From Centroscyllium fabricii (taxonomy: Eukaryota): 64,000 bases of DNA. The notes under the pieces were generated by a model. The model did no database searches. It was not told the origin of the DNA and saw only the letters and a program-made list of their open reading frames with translations. The translations under genes and the position numbers were made by a program. Below, in pieces: positions 60,831 to 64,000 of this stretch (position 1 is its first letter; each line of letters begins with the position of its first letter). The stretch lies in the NCBI GenBank assembly GCA_051313645.2, contig JBNRSN020000003.1:245148001-245212000 (forward strand). The letters are read 5' to 3'.

Positions 60831-63519
60831 AGAGAAGGAGATGTTTCAAGTACAGGCTAGGTATATTCCAACAAGAGGGAAGGGTAAGCAAGGGCTCCTT
60901 GGATGACGAGGGAGACTGAGAAGATGATGAAACAAAAAAAGAGGGTGTATGATGAATGTCAGGTGAATTCTTCAAGGGAGAACCACACCAAGTTGAGAGA
61001 GAAAGTGAAGATGCAGATAAGATTGGCAAAGAGAGAATATGAGAGTAGAATGGCGGTTAACATAAAAGGGAACCCAAACATCATCTACCGGCGTGTAAAC
61101 AGTAAGCGGATAGTAAGAGGTGGGGTGGGTCCTACTAGGGACAAAGAAGGTGATATGTGCTTAGAGGCACAGGGCAAGGCTCGAATACTCAATGAGTTCT
61201 TTGTATCGGAGTTTACTAAGGAGGTGGATGCTGACAAAATATCGGTAGAGGTGGAAAAGGTAGAAGCAATGGAAGGGGTGACAATTGATGGACAGGATGT
61301 ACTAGAAAGACAGGATGTACTAGAAAGGCTGGGTATGCTTAGAGTGGATTAGTTGCCGGGTCCAAATGGCGTGTATCCCAGGTTGCTAAGGGAATTGGGG
61401 GAGGAGATAGCAGAAGAGCTTGGCATAATTTTCCAATCTTCCCTTGATGTGGGGAAAGGTACCTGAGGATTGGAAAGTGACAAATGTGACACCATTGTTC
61501 AAGAAAGGGTGCAAGGACAATCCTAGTCACTACAGGCCAGTCAGTTTAACATCAGTGGTGGGTAAAGTTTTAGGAACAATTTTTTCTTGATTATTAACAG
61601 GCACTTGAAGAGGTTTAAGCTAATTAAGGAGAGCCAACACAGATTTGTAAAAGGCAGATCATGTTTGACTAATCAATTGAATTTTTTTGATGAAGTAACA
61701 GGGAGGATTGATGAAGGGAATGCAATGGATGTTGTCTACATGGATTTTTGGAAGGCGTTTGACAAAGTACCACATAGAAGGCTGGTTAACAAAATTGAGG
61801 CTCATGGAATAGGTGGGTCAGTGGCAGCTTGGATATGGAATTGGCTTAAGGACAGAAAACAGCGGGTTATGGTAAATGGCTGTTTTTCAGACTGGAGGAT
61901 GGTAGACAGTGGTGTTCCCCAAGAGTCCGTGCTGGGGCCACTGCTTTTTTTGATATATATAAATGACCCGGATATTGGAATACACAGTAGAATTTTTAAA
62001 TTTGCCAATGACACCAAACTTGGGGGTGTGGCAAACAGTGAGGATGATACCAATTGACTGCAACAGGACATAGAAAGGCTAGCAGAATGAGCAGACAAGT
62101 GGCAGATGGAATTTAATACAGAGAAGTGTGAGGTGATGCATTTTGACAGAAGGAACAGGGAGAGGCAATATACACTAATGGCACAGTTTTAAAGAGTGTG
62201 CAGGGACAGAGGGACCTGGGAGTTAATGTGCACAGGTCCCTGAAGGTGGCAGGACATATTGAGAGAATGGTTAGTAACGCATATGGGATCTTGGGTTCAT
62301 AAATAGAGGTATTGAGTGCAAAAGTAAGGAAGTTATGCTGAACCTTTCTAAAGCGCTGGTTAGGCCACAACTGGAGTATTGCATCCAGTTCTGGTCATCA
62401 CACTTTAGGAAGGATGTGAAGGCACTTGAGAGGGTGCAGAGGAGATTTACCAGAATGGTTCAGGGATGGGGGATCTTAGCTACAAGGACAGGTTGGAGAA
62501 GCTGAATTTATTTTTATTAGAGCAAAGGAGGTTGAGGGGTGATTTGATAGAGGTGTACAAGATTATGACCGGTTTGGATAGGCTATACGGGGAAAGGCTG
62601 TTCCCACTAGTTGATGGTACAAGGACTAGGGGACACAGATTTAAGATTTTGGGCAAGAGATACAGGAGGGACGTGAAGAAAATCTTTTTTACGCAGCGAG
62701 TGGTGATGGCCTGGCATTCACTGCCGACGGAAGTGGTGGAAGCGCAGACACTCATGTTTTCAAGAGGAGTCTGGATAGGCACTTGAGGGAAATAAGCTTG
62801 CAGGGCTAAGGGGATAGAGTGAGGGAATGGGACTGACTGGATTGCTCAACAGAGAGCCGGCACGGACATGATGGGCCGAATGGCCTCCTTCTGTGCCTTT
62901 ATGACTCTATGACAAAACCCTCCAGAATGTTGCTGTCAGCCACCTATTATTCTCCAATGATTCTTCTTCGTATCAATTATTCTACTTGGGAAATTTTAAC
63001 GTAAAACATGTAGATAGTGTAAAAATAAAATTGGAACTTAGGGATGGGTTGATTTATCATTGATTCACTTTGACTTTTGGTTACTTTTATCTGAATGATT
63101 CATAGTTTTCAGTTCCTCTCTACCAACTTGGTTTAACTTGCACTGTTAGACCACGATTAATGTCTGTGTTGCTTTTAACCACTATTGCAAAATGCAAAGC
63201 ATGCAGATTGGCAAGGCTTATTAGTTTCTTCACCCCAAGATTAGCAGAACTGGTATTTGTAGTGTCCACATTTTCAACATACAAATCTGAAATAACATGC
63301 GCTTTGGTACTAATAATCATGAAACCGTATCTAAAATATGGTTGAATATGATGTATATAAAATCAGTAGCAGAAAAGTTTGGACATTGTTAGTATCAACA
63401 ATTTGCACGATTCTTTGCTCACAAAAATCAATCCAGAATGAGCTAAAGTGGTTGATCTCCACAGCAATGTACTTTCCTGTTCCATTCCTATAATCCTTCT
63501 GCAGTAAGTATATCTGCAT

Positions 63520-64000
63520 GAATGGCTCCTCCTCCCATTCTTGCAGTTACTGGTGATATTGCCCAGAGAGCTATCCTTGGTCCTTTCTTATTTTTTATCT
63601 ACATGTAATCCCTTGTCAAAATCCTGCACAAAAATGGGAACAACTTTCACAGGTCTAACAACATCTAAATCTTCCTTTCTACGATAACCATTGGCTGTTA
63701 ATATTCTCCACTGTGTCCAATATCAATGATGTGGATATGCTGAAATTTGCTTCAGCTCAATGATTGTAAAAGCAAAGTCATTCTATATGGTCCATACCAG
63801 TACCTGTGTCTCTTTGGCTGCCCACTCAGGCTGAATCAGTTGGTCTCCAGTGCAGAAAGTTTCTGCTTGATTTTAAGCTGAACTTCTTGTACTATGTATG
63901 GTCAGTCAGTCAGTTATCAAGATTATATATTTGTTTACCTCCAGAACATTGCTGACTTGTGCTTCTGAGCCACTCCCTGTTGTTGAAATTTCATTTCATA
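63520..64000 (+). mobile_element. degenerate L2 LINE fragment
   Basis: CCCAGAGAGCTATCCTTGGTCC (PQG.ILGP-like) and CTTCAGCTCAAT...AAAGC (LQLN..K) remnants. Confidence 0.55.

Larger units (their letters stand above)
60140..62913 (+). mobile_element. CR1 LINE, most of ORF2, degenerate
   Basis: ILGDFNYPNIDW, LLDLVL, QHRFVKGRSCLTN, VPQESVLGP, FANDTKL, RRLRGDLI, tail ATGACTCTATGAC. Confidence 0.92.

Overview
Eukaryotic genomic DNA, very likely from a cartilaginous fish (shark or ray), judging by its repeat set: CR1, L2 and RTE LINEs, HE1-type V-SINEs, Deu-domain SINEs and Penelope fragments. The first ~12 kb is almost free of recognisable transposons and holds a CpG-island promoter (~4.3-5.1 kb) with a GC box, CRE, PBX/MEIS, TCF and MEF2 motifs plus candidate non-coding exons. 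I could not identify any host protein-coding exon, so the gene is unnamed. The rest looks like a large intron or intergenic region packed with nested mobile elements. A CR1 copy (29.7-43.1 kb) hosts a hAT transposon (itself carrying two SINEs and a solo LTR), a tRNA-headed LINE (carrying a near-intact Gypsy element) and a MITE. A pogo/Tigger remnant carries an integrase-only LTR element. The best lead is the Gypsy element at 35603-40379: it has no tRNA primer-binding site, and the PBS position is instead a perfect 14-nt complement of its own LTR poly(A)-signal region, suggesting tRNA-independent self-priming. Other leads are two minimal hammerhead ribozyme motifs in Penelope fragments, a Harbinger MITE built from roughly helically phased TTCGT motifs, a SINE tail swap with the partner LINE present, and a 42-bp target duplication around an RTE. 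Family names come from motif recognition by eye, not database searches.
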